Shown: positions 16,075 through 16,085 of the stretch, piece after piece
Layout: every line of letters starts with the position of its first letter
How positions within the stretch are numbered: position 1 is the stretch's first letter
Assembly: GCA_964010765.1 (NCBI GenBank)
Contig: CAXGMD010000076.1
Span: forward strand, 1-16,085
Direction of reading: 5' to 3'
DNA length: 16,085 bases
Origin: an uncultured bacterium
GTDB lineage: Bacteria; SAR324; NAC60-12
Program-made: the position numbers and the translations under genes
Notes under the pieces: model-generated
Databases searched by the model: none
Told to the model about the DNA's origin: nothing
What the model saw: the letters and a program-made list of their open reading frames with translations, nothing else

Positions 16075-16085
16075 ATGCAATGTCC
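16075..16085 (+). CDS. Start of a CDS running out of the window (MQCP..., possibly a zinc ribbon)
   Basis: GGAG 8 nt before ATG CAA TGT CC; only 3 full codons visible. Confidence 0.35.

Overview
Bacterial accessory-looking region of moderate, patchy GC. The left third is one giant minus-strand ORF that the ORF track misses because it runs off the window (start 5449, at least 1816 aa). It encodes a probable surface lipoprotein/adhesin with six alternating pairs of Calx-beta/Ig-like repeats, one carrying a ~105-aa inserted domain, followed by a third repeat type of 111 aa. Next come a bestrophin-family channel, two unannotated paralogous 34-35 aa membrane peptides with sequestered ribosome-binding sites, a probable outer-membrane beta-barrel protein and two paralogous short coiled-coil proteins. 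The right part holds an aldose 1-epimerase, a truncated GFA pseudogene, a NIPSNAP-like protein, an intact GFA protein, three tandem paralogous secreted proteins (the middle one has a nonsense codon; the junctions are ~93% identical) and an alpha/beta hydrolase. Degenerate 3' ends of Excalibur-domain genes recur on the minus strand between the plus-strand gene blocks. No rRNA, tRNA, CRISPR array, transposase or integrase was recognised. All family calls come from motifs read by eye, not from database searches.
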